From a virus, in IMG/VR virus record IMGVR_UViG_3300021511_000005, positions 32,001-96,000 of that record: DNA of 64,000 nt; one strand, 5' to 3'. This document shows, piece by piece, positions 54,401 to 63,227 of this stretch. Position 1 is the stretch's first letter, and the number at the start of each line of letters is the position of its first letter. The notes below the pieces were generated by a model, which ran no database searches, had not been told where the DNA came from, and was given only the letters and a program-made list of their open reading frames with translations. The translations under genes were made by a program, and so were the position numbers.

Positions 54401-56881
54401 ACGGATGGCGGCTACGAAGCCCGCGGCGGCTCCATCAAGATCCGGAAGCAGGGCAAGAAGTGGGAGATGGTCTACTACGGCGAGACCATCCCCATCACCA
54501 CCAGGAAGCCGAGCTTCGACCACGCGGAGGGTTTGATTCGCGAGCGTGAGGCGCCAAAGCAGACCGACCTGTTCCGTGCCCTGATGGCCACGGGTCTCTT
54601 CGAGCTGCGGAAGGCGGCGGGGCACAAGTACTTGAAGCGGATCCCCACGGGCAAGCCCAAGCCCAAGTATCGCTACATCTACCGCCAGCCCAAGGGTGGG
54701 CTCACCAGCTCCAGGGACATCCAGGCCGGCGCCAAATTCAAGGTGGAGCACGCCGGCAAGTTGGGTCACTTCGAGGTCAAGGGCCACGACGCCCACAACG
54801 GAATCGTGACGCTGCAGCATGACGAGTCGGGCAGGATCGCCCATATCCGGGAGAAGGACCTACACCGGATGATCACCAGCCACCACGAGAAGCAGACCAA
54901 GAAGGTTACCGAGAAGCCGGACGAGTTCGCGGCAGAGCGGGCGGAGCTGCGCCAACGGCTGGCCACGAGTGAGGCCAAGCGCCGGCGCGCGGAGAAGAAG
55001 GCCCCCAAGAAGCCGGAGGCCAAGGGGCCCGTTCCGGAGCTTCCGCGGGCGAGCCTGGAAGACCTGGGCAAGGGTGGCTACGACAAGATCGAGGGCTTCA
55101 GTGCCGACCCGAAGGATCTGGAGACGCAGGCGTCCCTGATGGGGGGCGATCGGGAGTATGCGATCATTCCCCAGGCCGGTGGTCACGTTCTGGCGAGCCG
55201 GGCCAAGGCCAGCGGGACGGTCAAGGAGGCCAAGGGAGACAAGGCGGAGCTGGTGATGCGGGGCTCCAAGGGCAAGAGCCTGGACAAGGTGGAGGTGGAG
55301 TACGTGGTGATGGAGGCCAAGGACCTGGTGGCCAGTCATGATCCCACAAGCTTCGAGCCCCGGGCGGCCTATCCCGAGGGCGTCCAGGAGCGGCGTTACG
55401 AGGTCCAGGGCTCCGGTGATCAGGGCAAGATCGATCGCATTGCGCGGGAAATGGAGCCGGCGCTGATGGTCAACACCAATCCGTCCGCCATCGACGGGTC
55501 CCCGATGGTCACCGAGGAGGGGATCGTCCTGGGCGGCAACGGGCGAACCATGGGCCTGCAGCGGGCCTATCAGCTCTATCCAGAGAAGGCTCAGGAGATG
55601 AAGGACTACCTGGCCAAGCATGCCCGCGGCTTCGGCGTTAGCTCCGCAGAGCTGTCCAAGATGAAGCAGCCGGTCCTGGTGCGGCGGATGAAGGCGGAGA
55701 CCAAGGATCTGACCGCGCTGGGTCGGCGGATGAATGAGGCGCTGACCCAAGGCATGGACCCGCGGACCATCGAGGTCGCGCTGGGTCAGAACTACGTCAC
55801 GCCCGAGCTGATGGACAGCCTCACCCACAACATGGACCCGGGCCAGTCGATGTCCGAGTTCCTGCGGACCGCCAAGTCCCGCCCCTTCGTGGAGGCGCTC
55901 GAGCGCGCCGGCGTTATCGACCAGTACAACAAGGACGAGTTCGTGGAGAAGGGAAAGGGTGTCCTGAACGAGGACGGCCGGATGCGGGTGGAGCGAGTTC
56001 TGACCGCTCGCATGATCCCGGATGCCAGCGCCTTGTCCCGGATGGGGACCAAGCTCCGGCAGACCATCGCCAAGAGCGTCCCTTCCCTGATCCAGATGGA
56101 GCGCAACGGGTGGAGCGTCCAGGAGGCGCTGGAGCTGGCCGTCAAGGTGGACAACGACATGCGGCTGGAAGGCTTCAGCGGCGGGACCCGGACGTCCAAG
56201 AAGGCAGGCGGCAAGATCAAGATCCCGATGTCCGAGCACCGCGAGTCCTACAGGCAGCAGCAGACCCTGGGGGACAGCCTTCAGCGCCAGATCGAAGGGA
56301 ACCCGCTGGCCCAGCTCCTGCTCGAGACGATCCAGGACAAGGCGGACAAGAACATGCCGTCCAAGTGGCGTCAGGTGGCGCTCGAGGCGGATCGCCAACG
56401 GGCGCGCAAGGCCTCCGCCGGTGAAGCTAAGGGTCAGGCCATGCTGGGCGGCGAGGACATCGTGGAGGAGCGGTCCTTGGAGGACAGCATCCGCGGCGCG
56501 TTCGGGCTGAAGAAGCAGGCCCAGCAGGGTGGCCTGTTCGCCATGAGCCTCCCGGAGCCGGATCTGGTGAAGGCCGGCGCGGAGCTGACCAGCTACCTGA
56601 TGCACGCGGTCTTGTGGGAGGTCGAGAACCTGATCCGCGGGGCGGTGGTGGACGGGAAGCCCCCGAGCGGCGGGCAGCTTTTGCCGCGGCTCCAGGCCTT
56701 CATCAAGGACCAGGCCGCGGCGGACCAGAAGTTCGCCCAAGCTTTGGGCGCTCATCCCCTGAGTTCGGAGGCCCTGAAGGGGCTCCTGAAGGCCTCCGCG
56801 ATGTCACGATCGACAGACCTGGCCAAGAGCATGGCTCGCTCGAGCCTGCATGCCAGCTGGAGGGATTTGTATGCCGGCTAA
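51431..56881 (+). CDS. giant (1816 aa) mosaic/polyvalent protein with DdrB-like ParB domain; probable virion-internal protein
   Basis: 'YVVMEAKDLVASHD...YPEGVQERRY...DGSPMV..G.VLGGNGR' (~55295-55760); lies between terL and portal. Confidence 0.7.
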   Translation: MSHYLRNPLIPGQGPKLVIGMRNLRNDVRVDTSALAELTRPPKPLGRPVIPGGEHEYRSADEVAKGLGLNHDQERDFLQAMKAWLSEPNVVSFRKSLVRGLRKMAPGNGPLRGELARRAVQVWKATRGNHPSRTYGREGQPQDIIRKAKKDKPISGQLGLFGGTLPKGVTVGKPKKPKKQVKAAAASAGWQAIPAGKHGGQRRRKGNKWEYRYPDGKGGWSGQPQKAEPKPVKVPELKPEARKMAYKGLRTWVTASGHGTTKEELEQRLAAALEAQKQSEVFSFKVTHVKREKAQKHDDGRSVPAYDEWDVEVEHQAAIPGHQLTGKIETATGVVTLFHDKATVSKDDYARAQRGVCDVCKTKRRRNSVFVVQRESDDKHLLVGGECSKKFKGANLWRLANAMEEVDLGGAIADAFDEGEGFGGGGGGGPRSAEPHDLLGTALWLVRKEGYIGGADADAEMTMSTPDRVKEILAGGKAAPTKEEQAEIDREAELIKKDLPEIRKWIQERIPTDPDAVITKDIAFAVTVDKLLGSDFIEPKHFSRVVWVPHRYYKMVQRREQKAKAKPYEAPHAKMHNLPGEWTILSNTVKDSDYGSYNSVTAMDAEGHKIWFRQTDAYDLKEGDKVTLRGKLKDQKDTITFMSHMKVKNLSEEKRQSVIEAEAEEFRKERARRMASTDPKEIVQVKMHEAYDPTPGGTERQSAFRKKLVKAVVALMKEGAEIPHDALYTTWDYFDGYGDDKRPEKEKRGDPVAAAATRQYAKVQAGENPVNAKELLELLPEVGARMIRKKLGEEAAKWIFKRAGLAKSMDDDLARLRPRMILQPTSHPMELVWMAEEVPDNLHETWKRMPPGWPAADEILKAKYFKRTGSPGNYVYYYKRDDGSVQAVRQKMHPEGDPRRRGPYKKTKNAKGETVYTGGEKPPGAGWEKIPESPHGGMRRPVSGGKVRQWEFWYPGGGEKQTAMFGGGGAAPPAPAAPEAAKGGPVKWSKTDGGYEARGGSIKIRKQGKKWEMVYYGETIPITTRKPSFDHAEGLIREREAPKQTDLFRALMATGLFELRKAAGHKYLKRIPTGKPKPKYRYIYRQPKGGLTSSRDIQAGAKFKVEHAGKLGHFEVKGHDAHNGIVTLQHDESGRIAHIREKDLHRMITSHHEKQTKKVTEKPDEFAAERAELRQRLATSEAKRRRAEKKAPKKPEAKGPVPELPRASLEDLGKGGYDKIEGFSADPKDLETQASLMGGDREYAIIPQAGGHVLASRAKASGTVKEAKGDKAELVMRGSKGKSLDKVEVEYVVMEAKDLVASHDPTSFEPRAAYPEGVQERRYEVQGSGDQGKIDRIAREMEPALMVNTNPSAIDGSPMVTEEGIVLGGNGRTMGLQRAYQLYPEKAQEMKDYLAKHARGFGVSSAELSKMKQPVLVRRMKAETKDLTALGRRMNEALTQGMDPRTIEVALGQNYVTPELMDSLTHNMDPGQSMSEFLRTAKSRPFVEALERAGVIDQYNKDEFVEKGKGVLNEDGRMRVERVLTARMIPDASALSRMGTKLRQTIAKSVPSLIQMERNGWSVQEALELAVKVDNDMRLEGFSGGTRTSKKAGGKIKIPMSEHRESYRQQQTLGDSLQRQIEGNPLAQLLLETIQDKADKNMPSKWRQVALEADRQRARKASAGEAKGQAMLGGEDIVEERSLEDSIRGAFGLKKQAQQGGLFAMSLPEPDLVKAGAELTSYLMHAVLWEVENLIRGAVVDGKPPSGGQLLPRLQAFIKDQAAADQKFAQALGAHPLSSEALKGLLKASAMSRSTDLAKSMARSSLHASWRDLYAG

Positions 56882-59800
56882 CGTTGTGACGACTGGGACG
56901 GACGAGGCCCGGTGGGCCCGTGCGAAGGCAGCGGCGGCCAAGCAGGGAAAGGCCAAGAACTACGCGCTGGTGATGCACATCTACAAGCAGATGACCAAGG
57001 CGAAGGACCCGGATGAAGACGAGGGCGAGGCCCACAAGATGCCCATCCCGGGGATCCCCGCGAGCTGGAACAAGGGGGAGATTCTGACCGGTGGCGAGGG
57101 GGACAAGCGGCCGGACTCCGACTTTGACGCCACGGCGCTGAAGCAGGGGATCAAGGTGGAGTTCGAGCACACCACCAGCCGAGCGGTGGCGAAGGAGATC
57201 GCCAAGGACCACCTGACCGAAGACCCCCAATATTACAAGAAGCTGGCGACCATCGAGAAGGCGTTTCCAGGTCCGGCAGCTCCACCGGCGGGACATGCGG
57301 CCGGCGGCGCTCAGATTGGGGAGGTCCACGACTGGGGCCGGGGCAAGATGCGGAAGGTGGCTCCGGGTAAGTGGGAGCCGGTGACGGGGCCGCAGTCGGG
57401 GGCAAAACAGCAGCCCACAGGGCCAGAGCCAGCCACAGAGGGCACGGCGGACCATCACCGTCAGCAGGCCCTGGTCCACACCCAGGCGGCCATGGCGCAC
57501 GCCGTAGCTCACCAGAGCGCCAAGGAGCAAGAAGAGGCCGCCAAGCATGACGACAACGTCAGGGAGGCCAAGGAAGCCAGCCAGGAGGCTTACGAGGGCA
57601 AGGACGGCCGCCCGGTCGAGCCCCAGAGCCTGGAGGACAAGATCAAGGCTCTGATGGAAGAGCACGGCCAAGATGCGGTAGCCGCGGCTACCAGCAAGGC
57701 GGCCAAGGCCACAGCGGCCGGGCTGGACAAGGCTTTCCAGGCGGAGGCCAAGAAGGTGGCGGGCTCTGAGGGTGTCCAAGCGGCCGCCGGCGATGCCATC
57801 GCCGCGGCGGGCATCAAGAAGGGCGGAGAGGCTCCTAGCAAGTCTCAGGTGGACCAGGCGGTCAAGCACGCAGCCCAGGACCCCAACGTCAAGAAGGCGG
57901 CCCGGGATGGGCTGAAGGCGCTTGAGGGCCCCGGCGCGGACGCCTTGGTGTCGGGACTCGAGGCCGCGGTTCCGCCGGAGGAAAAGAAGAAGGCGAGCTG
58001 GAAGACCAAGGCGGCCGCGGTGGCCAAGATGATGATCCGGCCGTTTGTCTTCGGGTTCGTGGATAACTTCGTGATGTATGTCGCGGGTTCCGCGGTGGAC
58101 GGCGCTGTCCAGGGCGCTGGCTTCAGCTCTGCGGCCACGGCGGGGATCGGCAACGCCATCTCTGACGCGGTGGGCGAGACCGCTGGCGGCTTGCTCGAAC
58201 GGGCTCTACCGGACGAGGAGAAGCTGAAGGCGGAGCTGGGCAAGGACACCTACGAGAAGATGGAGAAGTTCCTGCAGCCGCTGGGGGTCTTTACCGGCGC
58301 GCTGCTGGGGATGATTCCGTTGGCCTTCGGGGTATCCTTCGGTAAATCTATGCGGCGGGAGATGGACATCCAGAAGGCCAGAGCCAAGGTCGCCGCGGGG
58401 CAGATGGGCTTCCAGTTTGGGGCGGCGAAGCCGGCCGGCGGCGGCGAGGGTTCGAGGGGTGGCGAAGTTGTGGGTCACACGGCCAGCGGCAAGGCCATTT
58501 ACAAGAAGAAGGTCGCGGACCACGAGGCCAAGGCCAAGGAGCATGCCACCGCGGCAGCCAAGGCGACGGACCACGGTGTTCGGACCAAGCATTTGCACGC
58601 GGCCAAGGCTCACCAGGTTGCCGCGTCAGCCCACCGTATTGGGCACAAGGACGCGGACAAGGTGAGCACGGGGGCGGAAGGTTACAGCCGGCGAGCCCAT
58701 CGGGCGCGGCCGACAGCGCCCCAGCGTCCTAAGCTTCAGCGGCCCACGTCTGCGGACCGTCCGCCGGGGATGCGAGCGAGGGCACCGGCAGCCAAGAAGG
58801 TGTCACAACCACACGCACAACCGGGCTCCGGCTCGCACCTGCAATTCTCAATGGAGGACAACATGGACATGAACAAGGCCGAGCTGCGGAAGTCTCTGAT
58901 CAGTTTCCGCGGTCTGCGGAAGGGGCTGTACAACCGCGTGACCGAGTGGGCCGGTCAATTCATGGGGACGCCGCTGTACGTGGAGGCGTTGCGCTGCCTG
59001 AAAGAGAAAGCCCAGTGCGACAAGGAGGCGGAGGCCACGCGGGCCAAGCATAAGTCTTGGCGTGAGCTGGAGGAGCTTCCGCGGAGTCGGCGCCAGGAGA
59101 TGCGGAAGAAGCAGGACAAGGCCATGGACGTCCACCACCAGCGCAGCAGCAAGATCCTAGCGAAGATGGACGGTTTGGAGGAGAGGCTTCTGGACCACCA
59201 GATCGCGGAGGCGGAGCGGATGGGCAAGGGCGACGTGGACAAGGCCACGCCGATCAACCTTCCGGTGATCAAGTCCACGGACGCTGTTGTCGAGGGGTTG
59301 GAGGAGCTGTTCAAAGCCGGCCAAGCGGCTGGACCTTTCCGCGGTCCCAAGGGTGGGCTGTGGGCTGATCCCGAGCACAAGGTCCCCTATAAGCCGTTGG
59401 CGGGCAAGACGTCCAAAGCCGGACACAAGGGGGCCCACAAGGCTCATGTGATTCACCACGAGCGGGAGGCGGTCCGCGCGCGCAACAAGGGCAACGAGAA
59501 GGTGGCTGGCGCGCACCTGGACGCGGCGGACGCCCACAAGGTCGCGATGAAGGCCAAGCCCACTACGCTTGCGCGAGAGGCTGCCTATTCGGCTACCAAG
59601 AAGGCGAGTCACGACAAGGATCGGGCAATCCGGAAGCAGGCCTCGCACGTCAATAGCCACAAGGACCACGGGCATTATGCCGCCCGGCTCCGCAGCTCGG
59701 CGGAGGAGGCCAAGCAGATGGGGATCGGCTCCCATGTAGACAAGTTGGCCCGGCAGCACGAACAGGCCAGCTCCGCCCACAAGCACGCTGCGGAGATGCA

Positions 59801-61100
59801 CGGTAAGGGGCACGAGTCCGCGGATGACCACAGCAAGGTGGCAGCCAAGGCCACGTCCACGGCCTTCGGGGATCCCACGAAGCTCCCCCCATCACCACCG
59901 CCGGCGAACAAGGAGTCCGTCTTGGGCGGAGGCCACGCCCATCCAGCAGGGACTAAGGGAGCCGCTGAGCATCACGGCAAGTCCAAGGACTACCATGGGC
60001 GCCAGGCCGCCCACGCGCTGGCTCACGGCTACAAGAAGGACGCCATGATGCACGCGATGGCGTCCAAGCTCCACGGGGATGCTCAGGATTTCCACGACAG
60101 CAAGCATGACGACGCGGGCTACTGGAGTGAGATGGCAAACAGCTCTACCAGAGCCGCAGAGCATCCCGAGGGCTTCAGCGACAAGCCGGGGGCCAAGACG
60201 ACCCGAGAGGAGAAGGCAGCGATGGGCAAGAGCTTGGACCAGACGATGGACGATCTGATGAAGGCGGCCAACGGGGAGCCTGTGGCCGCATCCATGCGCC
60301 CCAAGGACGGCAAGGACGCCCAGACCAGTCTGGTGAAGAAGAAGTCTGGAGAGGAAGAGGAGGAGAACGGTCCCGGGGACAGCGAGCACCACAAGGACCA
60401 GGCGATGTCCCATCTGGCGGCCGCCCAGGCCCATGCCACGGCCCACCGTTCCGCGAAGCAGCTCGAATCCGCGGACGGGCATCAGAAGAACGTCGAGGCG
60501 GCGCAGCAGGCCAGCGAGGCCGCAGCTCCGCCGGAGGAGGAGAAGAAGCCGGTGAAGAAGCCAAACGCGATCAAGAAGGGGTCCATGGTGATTCACCTGG
60601 ACGCCGAAGAGGAGATCCTCAAGGGACTGGGCGACTCCGGGTTATCGGTCCAGGGAGCGGCCCAGGATCCCTACGGCAAGTACCGGATGGCTGCCATGGG
60701 GCGCGGAGATCCCGATGAGAACGTTCGCGCGGCGTCCTTCGAGAAGAGCGGGGTGGCCGGCGGGACGATCTTCGAGGGCGAGCACAACACTCAGGGTTTC
60801 CGCGAGGGTGACTCCCGGGAGGCCCATATGCGCGCCCAGGAGCTGGCCCAGGTAGTGGAGGATGACCCGGCGGGCTTCGAGGGTCAGGGCGGCCTTCCGA
60901 GCTGGTGGAGGGACGCGGGCCACCTGGTCAACGTCCCGGTGGGGGTCCGACCGATGGTCAAGGCGGTGGAGCCCCCGGTTCAGATCCTGGACGATTCCGA
61001 CCCTCACACGCGGGCGATGGTCAACACCGATCCGCGCGAGGGGCAGATGGGCGCTCTGATGGCATACAAGGGCGCTGGCAAAGGCCGCGGCACCCGATAG
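56871..61100 (+). CDS. giant (~1409 aa) mosaic protein: DUF5661-like, TMEM65-like and His/Ala-rich modules
   Basis: 'LKQGIKVEFEHT...AKEIAKDHL.EDP.YY.KL'; 'PFVFGFVDNFVMYVAG'; HxxAAxAH repeats. Confidence 0.7.
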   Translation: MPANVVTTGTDEARWARAKAAAAKQGKAKNYALVMHIYKQMTKAKDPDEDEGEAHKMPIPGIPASWNKGEILTGGEGDKRPDSDFDATALKQGIKVEFEHTTSRAVAKEIAKDHLTEDPQYYKKLATIEKAFPGPAAPPAGHAAGGAQIGEVHDWGRGKMRKVAPGKWEPVTGPQSGAKQQPTGPEPATEGTADHHRQQALVHTQAAMAHAVAHQSAKEQEEAAKHDDNVREAKEASQEAYEGKDGRPVEPQSLEDKIKALMEEHGQDAVAAATSKAAKATAAGLDKAFQAEAKKVAGSEGVQAAAGDAIAAAGIKKGGEAPSKSQVDQAVKHAAQDPNVKKAARDGLKALEGPGADALVSGLEAAVPPEEKKKASWKTKAAAVAKMMIRPFVFGFVDNFVMYVAGSAVDGAVQGAGFSSAATAGIGNAISDAVGETAGGLLERALPDEEKLKAELGKDTYEKMEKFLQPLGVFTGALLGMIPLAFGVSFGKSMRREMDIQKARAKVAAGQMGFQFGAAKPAGGGEGSRGGEVVGHTASGKAIYKKKVADHEAKAKEHATAAAKATDHGVRTKHLHAAKAHQVAASAHRIGHKDADKVSTGAEGYSRRAHRARPTAPQRPKLQRPTSADRPPGMRARAPAAKKVSQPHAQPGSGSHLQFSMEDNMDMNKAELRKSLISFRGLRKGLYNRVTEWAGQFMGTPLYVEALRCLKEKAQCDKEAEATRAKHKSWRELEELPRSRRQEMRKKQDKAMDVHHQRSSKILAKMDGLEERLLDHQIAEAERMGKGDVDKATPINLPVIKSTDAVVEGLEELFKAGQAAGPFRGPKGGLWADPEHKVPYKPLAGKTSKAGHKGAHKAHVIHHEREAVRARNKGNEKVAGAHLDAADAHKVAMKAKPTTLAREAAYSATKKASHDKDRAIRKQASHVNSHKDHGHYAARLRSSAEEAKQMGIGSHVDKLARQHEQASSAHKHAAEMHGKGHESADDHSKVAAKATSTAFGDPTKLPPSPPPANKESVLGGGHAHPAGTKGAAEHHGKSKDYHGRQAAHALAHGYKKDAMMHAMASKLHGDAQDFHDSKHDDAGYWSEMANSSTRAAEHPEGFSDKPGAKTTREEKAAMGKSLDQTMDDLMKAANGEPVAASMRPKDGKDAQTSLVKKKSGEEEEENGPGDSEHHKDQAMSHLAAAQAHATAHRSAKQLESADGHQKNVEAAQQASEAAAPPEEEKKPVKKPNAIKKGSMVIHLDAEEEILKGLGDSGLSVQGAAQDPYGKYRMAAMGRGDPDENVRAASFEKSGVAGGTIFEGEHNTQGFREGDSREAHMRAQELAQVVEDDPAGFEGQGGLPSWWRDAGHLVNVPVGVRPMVKAVEPPVQILDDSDPHTRAMVNTDPREGQMGALMAYKGAGKGRGTR

Positions 61101-61109
61101 GAGGCCCTG

Positions 61110-62819
61110 ATGGGCGACTTCATGGAGGGCCTGTCCAAGGCGCTGGAAGGCGTCATGGTGGACGCGATGACCAACGCGATGGCGAAGGCCAACGCGCGGG
61201 ACATCGATGGTCGTCAACCGATGACGCTGGAGGGGGCGAAGCCCCAGCCTCTGCCACCTGAGCCGGCCATGGACGAGCCGACCGGGCTCCTGTTCGATCC
61301 CTTCGCCCTGATTGACCAGTTGGGCTACCGGGACCGGCCCAGCGGCCTGACTTATCAGACGCTGCGGGAGATGGCCAAGCGGGTCCCGACCTATGCGGCC
61401 ATCGAGCAGATCCGGGTCAACCAAATCTGCGGCTTCGCCCAGCCCCAGGAAGACGAGCGGGATCCGGGCTTCAAGATTGAGCTGCGAGACTTCAAGCAGA
61501 CCCCGAGCCGCAAAGACGTCAAGCGCATGAACGAGATAACGGACTGGGTCCAGCAGACTGGGACCGCCTGGGGTCCGACGCGCGATGATTTCCGGACCTT
61601 CCTTCACAAGCTGTCCCGGGACAGCCTCGAGCTGGATCAGGGGACCTTCGAGGTCGGGCTCAACCGCAGGGGGGTTCCAGCGGAGTTCGTTTGTCTTGAT
61701 GGCGCCACCATGCGGCTGGCGGATGTTCCGCCGGGCGCGGAGCATCGACCTGATCCGACGGACATCAAGTACGTACAGGTCTACGATGAGATCATCATCG
61801 GGGAGTTCCCGATCAATCGGCTGTGCTGGGGGATCCGCAACCCGCGGTCTGACATCCGGGCCAACGGCTACGGCTACTCCGAGCTGGAGATGTTGATCAA
61901 CGTCATCACGGCGAGCCTGTGGGCCTTCGAGTACAACAAGCGCTTCTTCTCCCAGGGGACGAGCGCCAAGGGCGTGGTGAACCTGAAGGGCGGCGTCCCC
62001 GATGCCAAGATGGATGCCTTCCGCCGCATGTGGCAGATGATGATTGCCGGCGTGGGCAACGCCCACCGGACCCCGATGGTGTCCGTGGACGAGGTTCAGT
62101 GGATCGATCTGCACAAGTCCAACACGGATATGGAGTACTCCGCGTGGATGGATTGGCTGATCAAGATCACATGTGCGGTCATGTTGATGGATCCGGCGGA
62201 GCTGAACTTCAATTACGGCAACACCGGTCAGGCCAGCCAGATGTATCAGGCGCCGGCCGAGCAGAAGATGAAGGCCTCCAAGGACCGCGGGCTCCGGCCG
62301 CTGTTGACCTACTTCGCCAAGTGGATCAACACCCACCTGATCTGGCGGCTGGACCCCAACTACCGCCTGGTCTTCAAGGGGCTTGACGCCAAGGGCGAGG
62401 ATGAGAAGGTGGACCTGTCCAAGAAGAAGTCCTCCTACCTGATGACGGTGGACGAGCTGCGCGCGGAAGAGGATTTGGAGCCACTGCCGGACGAGCTGGG
62501 GAACGTCATCCTGGATCCCACCTGGCTCCAGAACAAACAGGCCGCCGAGATGGCCGCCCAGGGCGATATGGGGATGGAGGGGGAAGAAGACGAGGAAGGG
62601 CCGGCGCCACCGCCGGGGGTCCCTGGGGTGGATGACCAGGAGGAAGAGGACGACGGTTCAGACGACTTCGATCAGATCTTCGGTCAGGCTGACCAGGAAG
62701 AGAAGTCCCTGTCCGCAGCGGAGCGGATCCGCGCATCACGTCAGCGGCTTGAGGCGGGCCAGCCGGATGACGATCCACTGCAGAAGGCCCGAGTCACCGT
62801 CTACGAGATCGACCTGTAG
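61110..62819 (+). CDS. portal protein
   Basis: 'RNPRSD...GYGYSELE', 'YNKRFFSQG', 'DMEY..W', 'DPAELNF', 'SKDRGLRPLL', 'TVDELR'. Confidence 0.9.
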   Translation: MGDFMEGLSKALEGVMVDAMTNAMAKANARDIDGRQPMTLEGAKPQPLPPEPAMDEPTGLLFDPFALIDQLGYRDRPSGLTYQTLREMAKRVPTYAAIEQIRVNQICGFAQPQEDERDPGFKIELRDFKQTPSRKDVKRMNEITDWVQQTGTAWGPTRDDFRTFLHKLSRDSLELDQGTFEVGLNRRGVPAEFVCLDGATMRLADVPPGAEHRPDPTDIKYVQVYDEIIIGEFPINRLCWGIRNPRSDIRANGYGYSELEMLINVITASLWAFEYNKRFFSQGTSAKGVVNLKGGVPDAKMDAFRRMWQMMIAGVGNAHRTPMVSVDEVQWIDLHKSNTDMEYSAWMDWLIKITCAVMLMDPAELNFNYGNTGQASQMYQAPAEQKMKASKDRGLRPLLTYFAKWINTHLIWRLDPNYRLVFKGLDAKGEDEKVDLSKKKSSYLMTVDELRAEEDLEPLPDELGNVILDPTWLQNKQAAEMAAQGDMGMEGEEDEEGPAPPPGVPGVDDQEEEDDGSDDFDQIFGQADQEEKSLSAAERIRASRQRLEAGQPDDDPLQKARVTVYEIDL

Positions 62820-62827
62820 GAGAGATC

Positions 62828-63226
62828 ATGAGCACCGTATATATCCGCCACCGCGTTGTGGTGGTGGCCGCGATGGACAGCGATGAGAAGAACCTCCAGC
62901 TGAAGCGGGAGGACGAGACCTTGACCACCGTCAACGATGAGCTGGCGGCGGAGGAGTCGGGTCACGCGGTCCTGGGGTCGGGTGAGACGGGTTTCAGTCT
63001 CCCCATGGGCAAGGTGGCCACCGGGGCGCTTCTCTTCATCGAGAGCGATAAGGAGCTGGTCCTCAACTTCGATGGCGGCGCGGAGGACATTCCGATCAAG
63101 CCGACGCAATCGGGGGTCAAGGCGAAGCTGCTGTTGACTAGCAGCTTCACCACGGCACCGAGCCTGGACAACGCCACTTCGGAGGTTGCTAACGTGACCT
63201 TCCTGATTGCCGGCGCCACGGCTTAG
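62828..63226 (+). CDS. hypothetical beta-rich structural protein
   Basis: SD AGGAG; follows portal. Confidence 0.65.
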   Translation: MSTVYIRHRVVVVAAMDSDEKNLQLKREDETLTTVNDELAAEESGHAVLGSGETGFSLPMGKVATGALLFIESDKELVLNFDGGAEDIPIKPTQSGVKAKLLLTSSFTTAPSLDNATSEVANVTFLIAGATA

Positions 63227-63227
63227 G

